Both the position numbers and the translations under genes were made by a program. DNA of 62,351 nt, counting the filler, from Bdellovibrionota bacterium (GTDB taxonomy: Bacteria; Bdellovibrionota; Bdellovibrionia; Bdellovibrionales; JAEYZS01), in assembly GCA_963169515.1 (NCBI GenBank). It is 5 parts of 5 records of this genome, joined end to end, with 100 filler letters (N's around TTAATTAATTAA, not from the genome) between each part and the next. Parts side by side here need not be neighbours in the genome. Positions count along the whole stretch, not along the records: positions 1 to 22,204 come from CAUJEF010000044.1; positions 22,305 to 42,269 come from CAUJEF010000046.1; 3 more parts are not named here. One strand, written 5' to 3'. Below the pieces are notes generated by a model. It did not search any database and was not told where the DNA came from. It saw only the letters and a list, made by a program, of their open reading frames with translations. Below, piece by piece: positions 20,400 to 29,578 of this stretch; the first letter of the stretch is position 1; every line of letters starts with the position of its first letter.

Positions 20400-20866
20400 A
20401 ATTTGTATTGCTCACAGTGGAAACAAAAAAGGAGCTGTGGGCCACGGAGTCCCAAGATCTATACGCAAATAAAATAAAAAAATTTATTGATTTCGAAATG
20501 AAAAAAATTAAGAGCCCATCTTTAGAACGGCCAAATCAGAACGAAAAGAAACAAAAAGAATCAAAAGAGATGTTAGATTTTTTAAACCAGAACGATTACG
20601 TTGTGCTGCTTGATGTTGAGGGCGAGGAGCTAGACTCAAAGACCGTATCAAGGTCCCTGGTTAAGATTATTGAAAGCGCAAAAAAACGTTGCGTTTTTAT
20701 TGTCGGAGGGGCGTTTGGAGTTTCCGAAGACGTTAGGGCTAGATCAAACTTACGTTGGAGCTTATCAAAAATGACGATGAATCATCTTGTCGCACAATTG
20801 GTTTTGCTTGAACAAATTTATCGAGGCCTTACAATTTGGAAAGGGATCCCATATCACAATGAATAA
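20396..20866 (+). CDS. rlmH: 23S rRNA pseudouridine-1915 N3-methyltransferase
   Basis: FIVGGAFG, LLEQIYRG, PYHNE. Confidence 0.93.
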   Translation: MKFVLLTVETKKELWATESQDLYANKIKKFIDFEMKKIKSPSLERPNQNEKKQKESKEMLDFLNQNDYVVLLDVEGEELDSKTVSRSLVKIIESAKKRCVFIVGGAFGVSEDVRARSNLRWSLSKMTMNHLVAQLVLLEQIYRGLTIWKGIPYHNE

Positions 20867-22204
20867 AAAGGTTTGCTTGGTCATTTTAGATGGATTTGGG
20901 TACACGAAGGAAACTCGGCACAACGCCATTTACCTGTCGAAACACCCGACCTACGAACGTCTTTTAAAAGAGTATCCTCATTCCCTCATAAGAACGCATG
21001 GCGAAGCCGTGGGGCTTCCTGATGGCGTGATGGGAAATTCAGAGGTGGGGCACTTAAGCATCGGTTCCGGTCGAATTGTTTACATGGATTTGACGAAAAT
21101 TACAAAATTTGCGGAAGAAGGAGGATTCAGCACACACGCGGAAGTAAAAAGACTCGCAAAGGATCCGGTGGGCGCAGTACACTTGCTGGGTTTGGTTTCG
21201 GATGGCGGCGTCCATTCGCACATTGATCACGTAAAAGCGCTCATAAGTTCAATTTATAAAATTTCAAAAGAAAAGCCTGTTTTTATTCATGTCATTACAG
21301 ACGGCCGAGACACCCCGCCGAACAGTGGTTTACGATTTGTAAGAGATCTGCAAAAAACGGTAGATCAATATCCAAATACAACAATAGCAAGTATTTGTGG
21401 GCGTTATTATGCTATGGATCGTGACAAAAGATGGGATCGTACAGAGCGAGCATACAAAGCATATATCGGAACGTCAGACACACCAGAATTTGCAAGTGCC
21501 GAAGCCGCCATCCAGGACGCATATACTAAAAACGAAACGGACGAATTCATTACTCCGCGCTGGATTCAGGGGGGCGTACATTTTCAGTCAAATGATCAGG
21601 CAATATTTTTTAACTATCGCGCAGATCGCGCGCGACAAATTTCACAAGCCTTTGCAGATGAAGCATTTAGCGAATTTGTAGCGCCTGTAAAATTAAATCC
21701 GAAAAATTGGGTTACTTTCACGGTATATCAAAAAAACTTTCCATTTCCGGCGCTGTTTCCACCCCAAGCGCACAAGAAAATCTTGGCCGAAATTATTTCT
21801 GACCTTGGAAAGAAGCAATTACGGGTGGCGGAAACAGAAAAGTATGCGCACGTGACATATTTTTTTAACGGTGGCGTAGAGCAACCCTACCCGGGGGAAG
21901 AACGCGTGCTGGTTCCTTCGCCAAAAGATGTTAAAACCTATGATTTGAAGCCAGAGATGTCTGCCCGCGAAGTGACAAAAGAAGTCCTAAAGGGCCTTGA
22001 CAAGGACTATGCACTTATTGTCGTAAACTATGCGAATGGCGACATGATTGGACACACAGGAGTCGAGTCCGCGGCCATAAAAGCGGTTGAAACATTAGAC
22101 CTTTGTTTGAAGGAGGTCGTGGAAAAGGCGCTTGATAAAAGCTTCGACATTCTAATCACCGCCGATCACGGTAATTGCGAAGAAATGTATGACTTCAAGA
22201 ATAA
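20859..22204 (+). CDS. gpmI: 2,3-BPG-independent phosphoglycerate mutase (truncated by contig end)
   Basis: ILDGFG, MGNSEVGH, SDGGVHSH, DGRD, AETEKYAHVT, TADHGN. Confidence 0.95.
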
Positions 22205-22304
22205 NNNNNNNNNNNNNNNNNNNNNNNNNNNNNNNNNNNNNNNNNNNNTTAATTAATTAANNNNNNNNNNNNNNNNNNNNNNNNNNNNNNNNNNNNNNNN
22301 NNNN
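22205..22304. other. Artificial contig linker
   Basis: N44-TTAATTAATTAA-N44. Confidence 0.98.
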
Positions 22305-23095
22305 GTCGTCGGAAATGAAAACAATAAATACTGACTTTCAGAAGCCTCTTCCTCCAAGGTGGTAACGATGTACACCGCACCGTCTTCGTCCATGATTTGC
22401 TTAATGAATCTAACGATGACGTGGCCCTGGCTATCTGTAAATTTCCAAACCTCGTCAGGCTCTTCAATTGTCTTCTCTCGATGAACCAAATAACGTGAAA
22501 ATTCTTCCTCTGGAATATCCTTATTTGATCGAAGCTTTAACATGGCTTGATATAAACCGACTGCAAATTCGTCCCCTTCACTCAACGCATCTACTGTTTC
22601 TTCGTATTGAGTGGCCCCCCCCGTTGCGCGATCAAATATTTTTATTCCGCGCTTATACTTCTCAACAACAGCTGGGTCGAAAACCGGGAAATGCAAAAAT
22701 ACAAATTTAGGAACATCGCGAACAAAATACGTGAGAGCTATGTAGTGAAACTCAATGCTTTTTGCGGTTCCGTCGCCGGAAGTGCTTTCGTCATCATCCA
22801 ATTTGTATTTCCCCATGAACATTCCGATGGGAACGTCCGGAAATACTTCCGTGCTCACCCACACTTCTTCTGGGTCCTGGAGTACTTGTGTTAAGTAAAA
22901 CTCGTGCTTTGTAAAGGTAACGCCTTCTGGTTCTGAATCGAGAGCGATTTTTTCATATTCTTTTTCAAGCGCCTCAATTTGCGGCAAAAAGTGGTTGTAG
23001 ATTTCTTTTTCGTCAGAAAATATTAGTCCCTTGGCTTCATCTATGACGATTTTTTCATCTGGTTTTGAGTTTTTTTTCTTCGTTTTCTTCGCCAT
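22305..23095 (-). CDS. Acidic hypothetical protein with two PBECR2-like (BECR-fold) repeats, 3' truncated
   Basis: Repeated VLQDPEEVW / TIEEPDEVW motifs, each followed by F..FP. Confidence 0.55.
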
Positions 23096-23338
23096 GATGA
23101 TCTTTGAAAAGGGTTTTCTCGCACAGACGAGGGTTAGCATAAATTAAAGTATAAAACTTTACTTAAGTCATGAATAAGACGCAGGATTGAGCCCCAATGA
23201 CAAGTTAAGTCATTTTGAGAGTTTTTTCTTGCGTTCCACTTAGAATGTCTTTCAAATCAAATCAAGGGGAAATCACGGATTTACAAACCATCAGCTTTTA
23301 AAAAGACTTTTAGTGACGTTGCAAGGAGGCATAGTCAT

Positions 23339-23653
23339 ATGAATATAAGTCCAGAAAAGCTTGAGCAAATTGAGTATCTATTATCTCAATCTACTCAAGG
23401 CATACATCTTTTGTTCGACAACGTATCCATAGCCAAAATTCTTAAGAATCCAACCGAAAACTTGGATTTTTTCACAGTCGAAAACATTAAAAAAGTTCAA
23501 AGCATTCTCGCCGAATTCATCGAGCGTAAAACGCTCAGTGAAAAGCAAGACTACTTGAAACGAATCGACAAGACAACCTACGAACTCTTGGTTCGTACCT
23601 ATTTTAACATTGTCGACAATGCGGTCTTGGAATCTACCCCACACAAACACTAA
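23339..23653 (+). CDS. Hypothetical protein
   Basis: AAGGAGG RBS; 104-aa helical ORF. Confidence 0.8.
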   Translation: MNISPEKLEQIEYLLSQSTQGIHLLFDNVSIAKILKNPTENLDFFTVENIKKVQSILAEFIERKTLSEKQDYLKRIDKTTYELLVRTYFNIVDNAVLESTPHKH

Positions 23654-23792
23654 CTGCTTAAACTTCAATCAACCTGCGTTTCATTTTGATACAGCCCAAA
23701 ACGCAGGCCCTTTTAGTAGTTCTAATACATTTATTTAAGGTCATGGGCCTAGACTTCCGAATAGTTTTGAAGAACATTTTGAGGTCAAAACG

Positions 23793-24581
23793 GTGAAAGT
23801 AGATCGAAAATTTTTTAACAAAGCAGCTCCCTTGGCAATCACCCTTGTGCTCGTCATCGGCTACAACAATTGTGGCAAGGTGAACTTTCAAAAGGCCGCA
23901 AGCGATTCTATAGTTGACCCGCAAGGCAGTCCCAACCCATCCCCCACTCCCGACATAATCAACAACGCCTGTGACAATCCCAATATCCCCCATCAAACGC
24001 AAATCGTTGAAATTGAGTTTCCTGAGCAAACATCAAACTGCAATTGGGAAAACGACGGAAACATGAGCCGGCTTAATAATTATTTCCGAGCGCGATATGA
24101 ACAGACCGCAAACTTTAACCTGCCGCCACAGTCGAAAATATGTGACATGGATTTCAGTTTTGCTGGTCAATCTTTTAGATACGACGATGAATTCATTATG
24201 ACATTTAATAATATGATCATGGCTTCTTCTTACGTGTTCACAAGCTATCTCATTCATGAAAATGGAGCTCCCATATACGATTGGACCCGAATTGTCGGTG
24301 AACAGTGGATGGATGGGGTGGACAATGGTGAAATTGACTTGCAAGAGCCTTACTGCCTGGGTGAGGACCGAGGGCTATCGCAATGTAGTTGGCCGGAAAC
24401 GGATACTCAGGGCACAATCTCCATGAGTTTTGCACCGTCCATCATTCGTGATTTAATGTCGATTAGCCCAAGCCGAACAAGTCACGATTTTAAATTGATC
24501 ATCATTGGCGACAATGACTCTACGGATTGCAAACATGCTGATTCCATACAATTCACTGTCACAGTAGATTACGTTTTATGA
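23793..24581 (+). CDS. Putative lipoprotein (YNNC-type signal), Cys-rich beta domain
   Basis: Hydrophobic helix then GYNNCGKVNF; Pro linker. Confidence 0.8.
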   Translation: MKVDRKFFNKAAPLAITLVLVIGYNNCGKVNFQKAASDSIVDPQGSPNPSPTPDIINNACDNPNIPHQTQIVEIEFPEQTSNCNWENDGNMSRLNNYFRARYEQTANFNLPPQSKICDMDFSFAGQSFRYDDEFIMTFNNMIMASSYVFTSYLIHENGAPIYDWTRIVGEQWMDGVDNGEIDLQEPYCLGEDRGLSQCSWPETDTQGTISMSFAPSIIRDLMSISPSRTSHDFKLIIIGDNDSTDCKHADSIQFTVTVDYVL

Positions 24582-24714
24582 GAACTCATTTTAGGAGAAC
24601 CCAAAACCACTATTTAACTTTTAGATATATGTCGAACTCATGGTGTATAAAATTCGAACAAGTATCCACAGCTCGCACATATGTCAAATGGCAGTATCAG
24701 TGTAAGACACCCAG

Positions 24715-24730
24715 TGGAATGACAATTGCT
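24715..24730 (+). promoter_or_regulatory. Putative sigma54 -24/-12 promoter
   Basis: TGGAATGACAATTGCT (GG-N10-GC) just upstream of 24756. Confidence 0.65.
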
Positions 24731-24755
24731 TCTTCATAGGTAGTCGGGGGACGAA

Positions 24756-26027
24756 ATGAAATACTTCAAGAATGTCTTAAAACGATACACTTCAAAAGTT
24801 AACAACCAGTTCTGCGAACTTCTGGAAGCGATCAGAAAAAACAGAAAAAGTTTGCTGCCAATACTGATAGCGTCTTCTCTATTTATTTTGTTTCAAAACT
24901 GCGCAAAGGTTTCGTTTAACAAATCACTCACTGAAAGCGTAACTAGCCAACAAGTTGATCCGACACCCGTGCCTACGGCCACACCTGTTCCAACGCCAGA
25001 GCCGACCCCAGAACCCACAGCCACACCTACACCAACACCAGAGCCGACTCCAGAACCTACACCAACACCAGAGCCGACTCCAGTGCCTACACCAACACCA
25101 ACACCCGTTTGCCAAACAATCCAGTACACTCAGCCCGCAGCTTCAAAAAAACTTGATATCCTTCTCGTAATGGATACCTCTGGATCATTGGATGTCGAGC
25201 GCCAAAGTATCGTTGATAATATTGAAAATATGCTCACTCAACTCACAGGAATTGACTACCGTATCGGGGTTCTCTTGGCTCATGGTAGCAGCTCAAATGT
25301 TGGGAAACTTTTCCTAGGCCGAAACGTCACTCCAAACGAAAAACATTACCTAGACCCGGGGCTGACACAGTCACAGCTACATTCTGAACTTGCAGACCGC
25401 CTAATCAACCCCCCAGGCGATGGAAGTGGCGGTAGCAGTGGTGAGGCTGGCTTATACGCAATCAAAAAACTCTATGATAATTATGCTACTGTTCAAGGCC
25501 AAGGGTTTTTCCGATCCGATGCAGGCTTAACAATCGTGTTTATGTCCGATGAAAACGACGTTTGCTATGCAAATAGCACGGACCAAGCGTCTGAACGCAC
25601 TTTCCGTGACGGCGCATGTACAACTGAAAACACGTTTGCTCCAAACGTACTGTCAATTGTCCAAGCACATGGTAACGGAAATCCGCTGTTAATGTCGGGT
25701 ATTATCTATACCGGTCAAGGCACGATACCAAGCGGTGGCTACGACAGCATCGGCCGCGGTTACACAGATATTATTGCTTCTTCTCAGGGTCTTGCGATTG
25801 ACTTGGCTTCTAATAATATCGCTTTAGCGTTGACCCAAATTGGTCAAGCTTCAAGTGAGATTCTAAACCTCCGCACCGTATTTGACTTAACGCCACCGTT
25901 TAACGCAAGTTCAATTGTGGCTACAGTTGATGGGCAACCGGTCAACTTCACGCTCATCGGAAACCAAATACACCTCAGCTCAGGTGGCGGCGAACTCTCT
26001 GAAGTAGTAATCAACTACTGCCAATAA
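24756..26027 (+). CDS. VWA/MIDAS-domain putative adhesin lipoprotein with Pro-Thr-Glu stalk
   Basis: FQNC signal; [12 protein letters not shown] (DxSxS); VFMSDEND. Confidence 0.85.
   Translation: MKYFKNVLKRYTSKVNNQFCELLEAIRKNRKSLLPILIASSLFILFQNCAKVSFNKSLTESVTSQQVDPTPVPTATPVPTPEPTPEPTATPTPTPEPTPEPTPTPEPTPVPTPTPTPVCQTIQYTQPAASKKLDILLVMDTSGSLDVERQSIVDNIENMLTQLTGIDYRIGVLLAHGSSSNVGKLFLGRNVTPNEKHYLDPGLTQSQLHSELADRLINPPGDGSGGSSGEAGLYAIKKLYDNYATVQGQGFFRSDAGLTIVFMSDENDVCYANSTDQASERTFRDGACTTENTFAPNVLSIVQAHGNGNPLLMSGIIYTGQGTIPSGGYDSIGRGYTDIIASSQGLAIDLASNNIALALTQIGQASSEILNLRTVFDLTPPFNASSIVATVDGQPVNFTLIGNQIHLSSGGGELSEVVINYCQ
24959..25107 (+). repeat. Pro-Thr/Glu coding tandem repeats (PTPEPT)
   Basis: Repeated CCAACACCAGAGCCGACTCCAG-like units. 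Confidence 0.85.
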
Positions 26028-26066
26028 AATTTTAAGTCGAAATCCATTAACACCGAAAAAGTAGAT

Positions 26067-26342
26067 ATGTTTATATACCTACTTTTTCTTGTTATAAATG
26101 CAAACGCTGAATACCGTGCTTTTGAACATGAAATTGTGAATATAGAAACCAATTCCAAACGATCTATTGCAAGCACCCTGGACCCAGACCAGTACCCAGG
26201 TTATTACCCTGTTGAAAAAAATGAAGTTGTCGTCATGAAAAATACATGGATATGTTATGGCGACACCAGCAAGGCGGAAAAAATTTGCCCGAACCCTCGT
26301 CTAGAAAAAACGGAAGATCTGCCCCTGAACGCAAATCCATAG
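26067..26342 (+). CDS. Small secreted hypothetical protein
   Basis: Signal peptide ANA-E; W.C.G.T...CP. Confidence 0.75.
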   Translation: MFIYLLFLVINANAEYRAFEHEIVNIETNSKRSIASTLDPDQYPGYYPVEKNEVVVMKNTWICYGDTSKAEKICPNPRLEKTEDLPLNANP

Positions 26343-26383
26343 CTATTTCATAGTATTATAAATAAGTCGCCGGAGGCGATTCT

Positions 26384-27919
26384 ATGGAAGTGAAAGATCG
26401 CGATCGGGAACAGGCATATATCACCGAACAAAATAATCGTCTGAAAGAGCAACAAAAAAAATTAATTGAAAAAGAAGAAAAGCGTCTTGTTCAATTGAAA
26501 AAACAATACGCTGAAAAGGCCAATGCTGTAATGTCCGATGGCGAAGCCGTCGTTAATCATATTCGCACACGCCAAAACAAAGAGGTCGCTACAACCAAAG
26601 AAAAAAATCAAGAACAAATCGAAACCTTGCAAGGCGAATATGATCGAAAGCTTGATTCTATTCGAAAAAATCAACGCCAACAAAGCGAGTACTTAAAGTT
26701 AACGCAAAAGCAGCATCAGGAAGAGCTCCATCGAGAGGCCGAACAAGCCAAAGCAGCCGTAAACGAAAACCGCTCAGAAAATCAGCGTGCCCTGAAACAA
26801 GAATCAGAGCTTTACAACGAGCGAATCCAAAAGGTTCATAGGGCTTACCGCGATGAAGTTTCAAGCGCCGCACGTGATGCAAACAAGGAACTCGAAGCAC
26901 TTCGCGGATACAATCGTGCTGAAACACAAAAACTTGCAGAAAACTATCGAAAAAACGTGGATCTTTTAAAAGAGGAAAATAGAAAAATAGCAGAGAAGGA
27001 AACAAAGGCAAACCAAGATCAAATCGAAACCAGTCGAAAAACTACCCAAGCACAACTTTCTGCGGACCAAAAAGAGAAAAACGAGGCCATGCGCCATGTC
27101 CAAGCAAAATTTGACGAAACAGTGACCAAAGAAAAAATAGAAAATAGAGAGCAACTTTCAGAGCTGGAAAAAAATCAAGCGTCAGCGCTAAATCGGCGCC
27201 GGATTGATTATGCAACCGCAACCGATCAGCAACGGCAAGAGTACAACAAACAAATCGCTCTCGTTCACAAAGAAGGTGATAAACGAATCGCAGAAGAACA
27301 GAACCGTGCCGTTGGCGTCCAAAACAAGCAGAAAGAGTCTAACAAAAAAGAGCTCGAAGAAATGTCTCAGCGTCATTTGCAAAAGAAAGCTGCCGTCCAC
27401 CAAGCTCAAGAAAAAGAGGTCGCTCGTAATGACGCACTTTACGAACAGAACCTTAAGCGACAACATAAGGAATACCAGGAGAAGTTCGATAACAATCAAA
27501 AAGTTTTCAGCCAATCTTATGATGACCAGCAAAAGAATTTTGATCGTGCGCTTGCCAGCCAGCGCACAGAAAATCTAGAGCATATGAAAAAATATACGGC
27601 AACCCAGCACGATCCATTCTATAGAATGAAGCATACGGGATCGACTTTTTCTGAAAATGAAAACTACTATGTAATCGAGACTGCCGTTCCAAAGCACGAA
27701 TATAAAAATGTAGATGTGCGGGTGCAAAAAGATCGCGTCGTGGTCTCAGGCGCGAGATCTTTCGAAGACAAATATAACGAAGGTCACCGAACAATCAGCA
27801 CCAACAAACAGGAAACTTTCAGAGAAGAATTCCCGATTACAAAAGCTATTCATGAAAAAGAGGTCGAAAAGTTTTATACCGACGGTATGTTGAAGGTTAT
27901 TATCCCAAAAGTGACTTGA
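26384..27919 (+). CDS. Long coiled-coil protein with C-terminal Hsp20/alpha-crystallin domain
   Basis: ~400 aa E/K/Q/R-rich helical region, then F.E....YVIETAVP...VDVRV....VVVSGAR...FREEF...YTDGMLKVIIPK. Confidence 0.8.
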   Translation: MEVKDRDREQAYITEQNNRLKEQQKKLIEKEEKRLVQLKKQYAEKANAVMSDGEAVVNHIRTRQNKEVATTKEKNQEQIETLQGEYDRKLDSIRKNQRQQSEYLKLTQKQHQEELHREAEQAKAAVNENRSENQRALKQESELYNERIQKVHRAYRDEVSSAARDANKELEALRGYNRAETQKLAENYRKNVDLLKEENRKIAEKETKANQDQIETSRKTTQAQLSADQKEKNEAMRHVQAKFDETVTKEKIENREQLSELEKNQASALNRRRIDYATATDQQRQEYNKQIALVHKEGDKRIAEEQNRAVGVQNKQKESNKKELEEMSQRHLQKKAAVHQAQEKEVARNDALYEQNLKRQHKEYQEKFDNNQKVFSQSYDDQQKNFDRALASQRTENLEHMKKYTATQHDPFYRMKHTGSTFSENENYYVIETAVPKHEYKNVDVRVQKDRVVVSGARSFEDKYNEGHRTISTNKQETFREEFPITKAIHEKEVEKFYTDGMLKVIIPKVT

Positions 27920-27921
27920 TT

Positions 27922-28161
27922 CTAGCGGCGACGAACGAGAGAAGAAACCTCATCCATCATAAACTCAAGACGCGAACACGCATCTTCTAACTTTCGAACA
28001 TTGATTTCTAATGAATCTGAAAGCGTCTTTGATTCTGTAGATAGCGGCTCGAAATGGGTTTCCTCTGAAACTGCATTTTTGTAGCCAAAAGCATACGCCT
28101 GGATACGGCGAAGTAAGCTTGAATTTTCTGAAGATACGCTTGGTGAAACTTTAACAGCCAT
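27922..28161 (-). CDS. Hypothetical protein
   Basis: AGAGG RBS before ATG 28161; short C-terminal coiled coil. Confidence 0.65.
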   Translation of the reverse strand: MAVKVSPSVSSENSSLLRRIQAYAFGYKNAVSEETHFEPLSTESKTLSDSLEINVRKLEDACSRLEFMMDEVSSLVRRR

Positions 28162-28341
28162 AAAGACCTCTAAGACTTGAACCTTGTTTTTTATCAATTT
28201 CGAGGATGCTTGACTTAAGTTGTGGTGGCAGGGATGGAACAGAAAACCTCGACTTCTGTATTAAGCTAACTACATTCTTTTTCGTAAAACAATAGACAAT
28301 TTCATTTTTTTTGACAGGTTCCAAATTGGTACCGCCAAATC

Positions 28342-28980
28342 TTAATATTCGCATTTTAAAGACTCCAGATCCACGTTGCCGGGAACTCGTCGCTCAGTTC
28401 CGTGGGCCAATTGGGCTTCCATTACACTACCCTTTCCAACTTCAACATGCTGTAGGCCAAGAACATGGCCAAGTTCATGAACAAGAAGGCTTTCAAAATC
28501 CACACGGCTTGGTTCCGCCACGTCGGTAACAGAGTATGCGAAGTCACGAGCGTTAATACGAATATCGGCTTCAGAAATAAATGTTCCTTTCCAAAAAATC
28601 GTCGTACGCGCTTGCTCTAATTCCTTTCCAGATTCCCAGTTATTTATCCAATATATAACAGACTGACCATCTTTTGCAGGAGATCCCCCAACATCACCAC
28701 CAGTACGGACATCAAACATGAAACGGCCCAACCGGTAGTTCCATTCGGAAGCTGCTAATCGAATTGATTCATGGAATTCCTCAGGCACAGAAGAACTTAT
28801 AGTTAACGTGACTGGAACGCGGCCTTTCCAAGAAACACGCTGCAATTGCCCGTTTTGCACAAAATTACAGGACTGTTCCGGTTCTAACTTTTGTGCGCAG
28901 GCGGCTATCAAAAAGAAAAGTAAAAGCAGTACTCTATTTATTTTATTTTTGTAGAACTGTGTCGTCATGACCCCATCCAT
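28342..28980 (-). CDS. Matrixin/M10-like zinc metalloprotease lipoprotein
   Basis: IAAC lipobox; EADI; HELGHVLGLQH; SVM Met-turn. Confidence 0.88.
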   Translation of the reverse strand: MDGVMTTQFYKNKINRVLLLLFFLIAACAQKLEPEQSCNFVQNGQLQRVSWKGRVPVTLTISSSVPEEFHESIRLAASEWNYRLGRFMFDVRTGGDVGGSPAKDGQSVIYWINNWESGKELEQARTTIFWKGTFISEADIRINARDFAYSVTDVAEPSRVDFESLLVHELGHVLGLQHVEVGKGSVMEAQLAHGTERRVPGNVDLESLKCEY

Positions 28981-29203
28981 CGCAAACAGCGGACCCCCGC
29001 TGAAATTGGCCTAAATTCGTAAGCTATTTATTTTACTAATGTTTTTTGAACTGAATTGGGATCAAAACAGGGAACAATTCGCTGCCCATTTTTGTAAATC
29101 ACGACCGGGCCATTCGCTTCTTTGGTAAGGCCTTGAAACTACGTTAATTTTTTAATGGCCATCGCTTTGACACTAAAGTGCCGAAAACGGGTATAATTTA
29201 AAT

Positions 29204-29575
29204 ATGAAAGTTATCGTGTTCGACGGCATCTGCAACCTCTGCAATGGTTTTGTGGACTTTGTAATAAAACGAGACAGGGGAACTTTTAAGTTCGCCGCCC
29301 TTCAAACCCAGGTTGGGCGCGCCCTTGTTCCGCAAGGGGACTCTGAAACCGTTTATTTGGTCGTTGGTACGCAGATCTATAACAGATCGACCGCCGCCCT
29401 CAAGGTCATGCAACGCCTACGTTTCCCGTGGCCGCTGTTGGCGGTATTGTTAATTATTCCCAAAATGATACGCGATCCGATTTACGACTGGGTCGCCCAC
29501 AACCGCTATAAGTGGTTCGGCAAGCGCGAGACCTGCCGACTACCAACTCCCGATGAGAAAGCACGGTTTCTTTAG
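29204..29575 (+). CDS. DCC1-like thiol-disulfide oxidoreductase (DUF393)
   Basis: FDGICNLC, FAALQ, YDWVAHNRYKWFG...C. Confidence 0.92.
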   Translation: MKVIVFDGICNLCNGFVDFVIKRDRGTFKFAALQTQVGRALVPQGDSETVYLVVGTQIYNRSTAALKVMQRLRFPWPLLAVLLIIPKMIRDPIYDWVAHNRYKWFGKRETCRLPTPDEKARFL

Positions 29576-29578
29576 CCT

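Noticed and set aside
20396..20866. rlmH as target of the serine recombinase (SCCmec-like)
   Set aside because: rlmH overlaps gpmI directly with no insertion; the integrase is on another contig and abuts tRNA-Ser
22205..22304. Identical TTAATTAATTAA within N runs (also 42270, 52507, 58623) looks like a repeat
   Set aside because: Artificial all-frame stop linker; X-containing ORF ends and cross-gap neighbourhoods (e.g. nusB next to the IS) are artefacts
24893..25170. Gly-Val and Trp-Cys-Arg repeat ORFs; possible CRISPR-like periodicity
   Set aside because: Shadow frames of the Pro-Thr stalk; no unique spacers and no cas genes. No CRISPR array seen in the window
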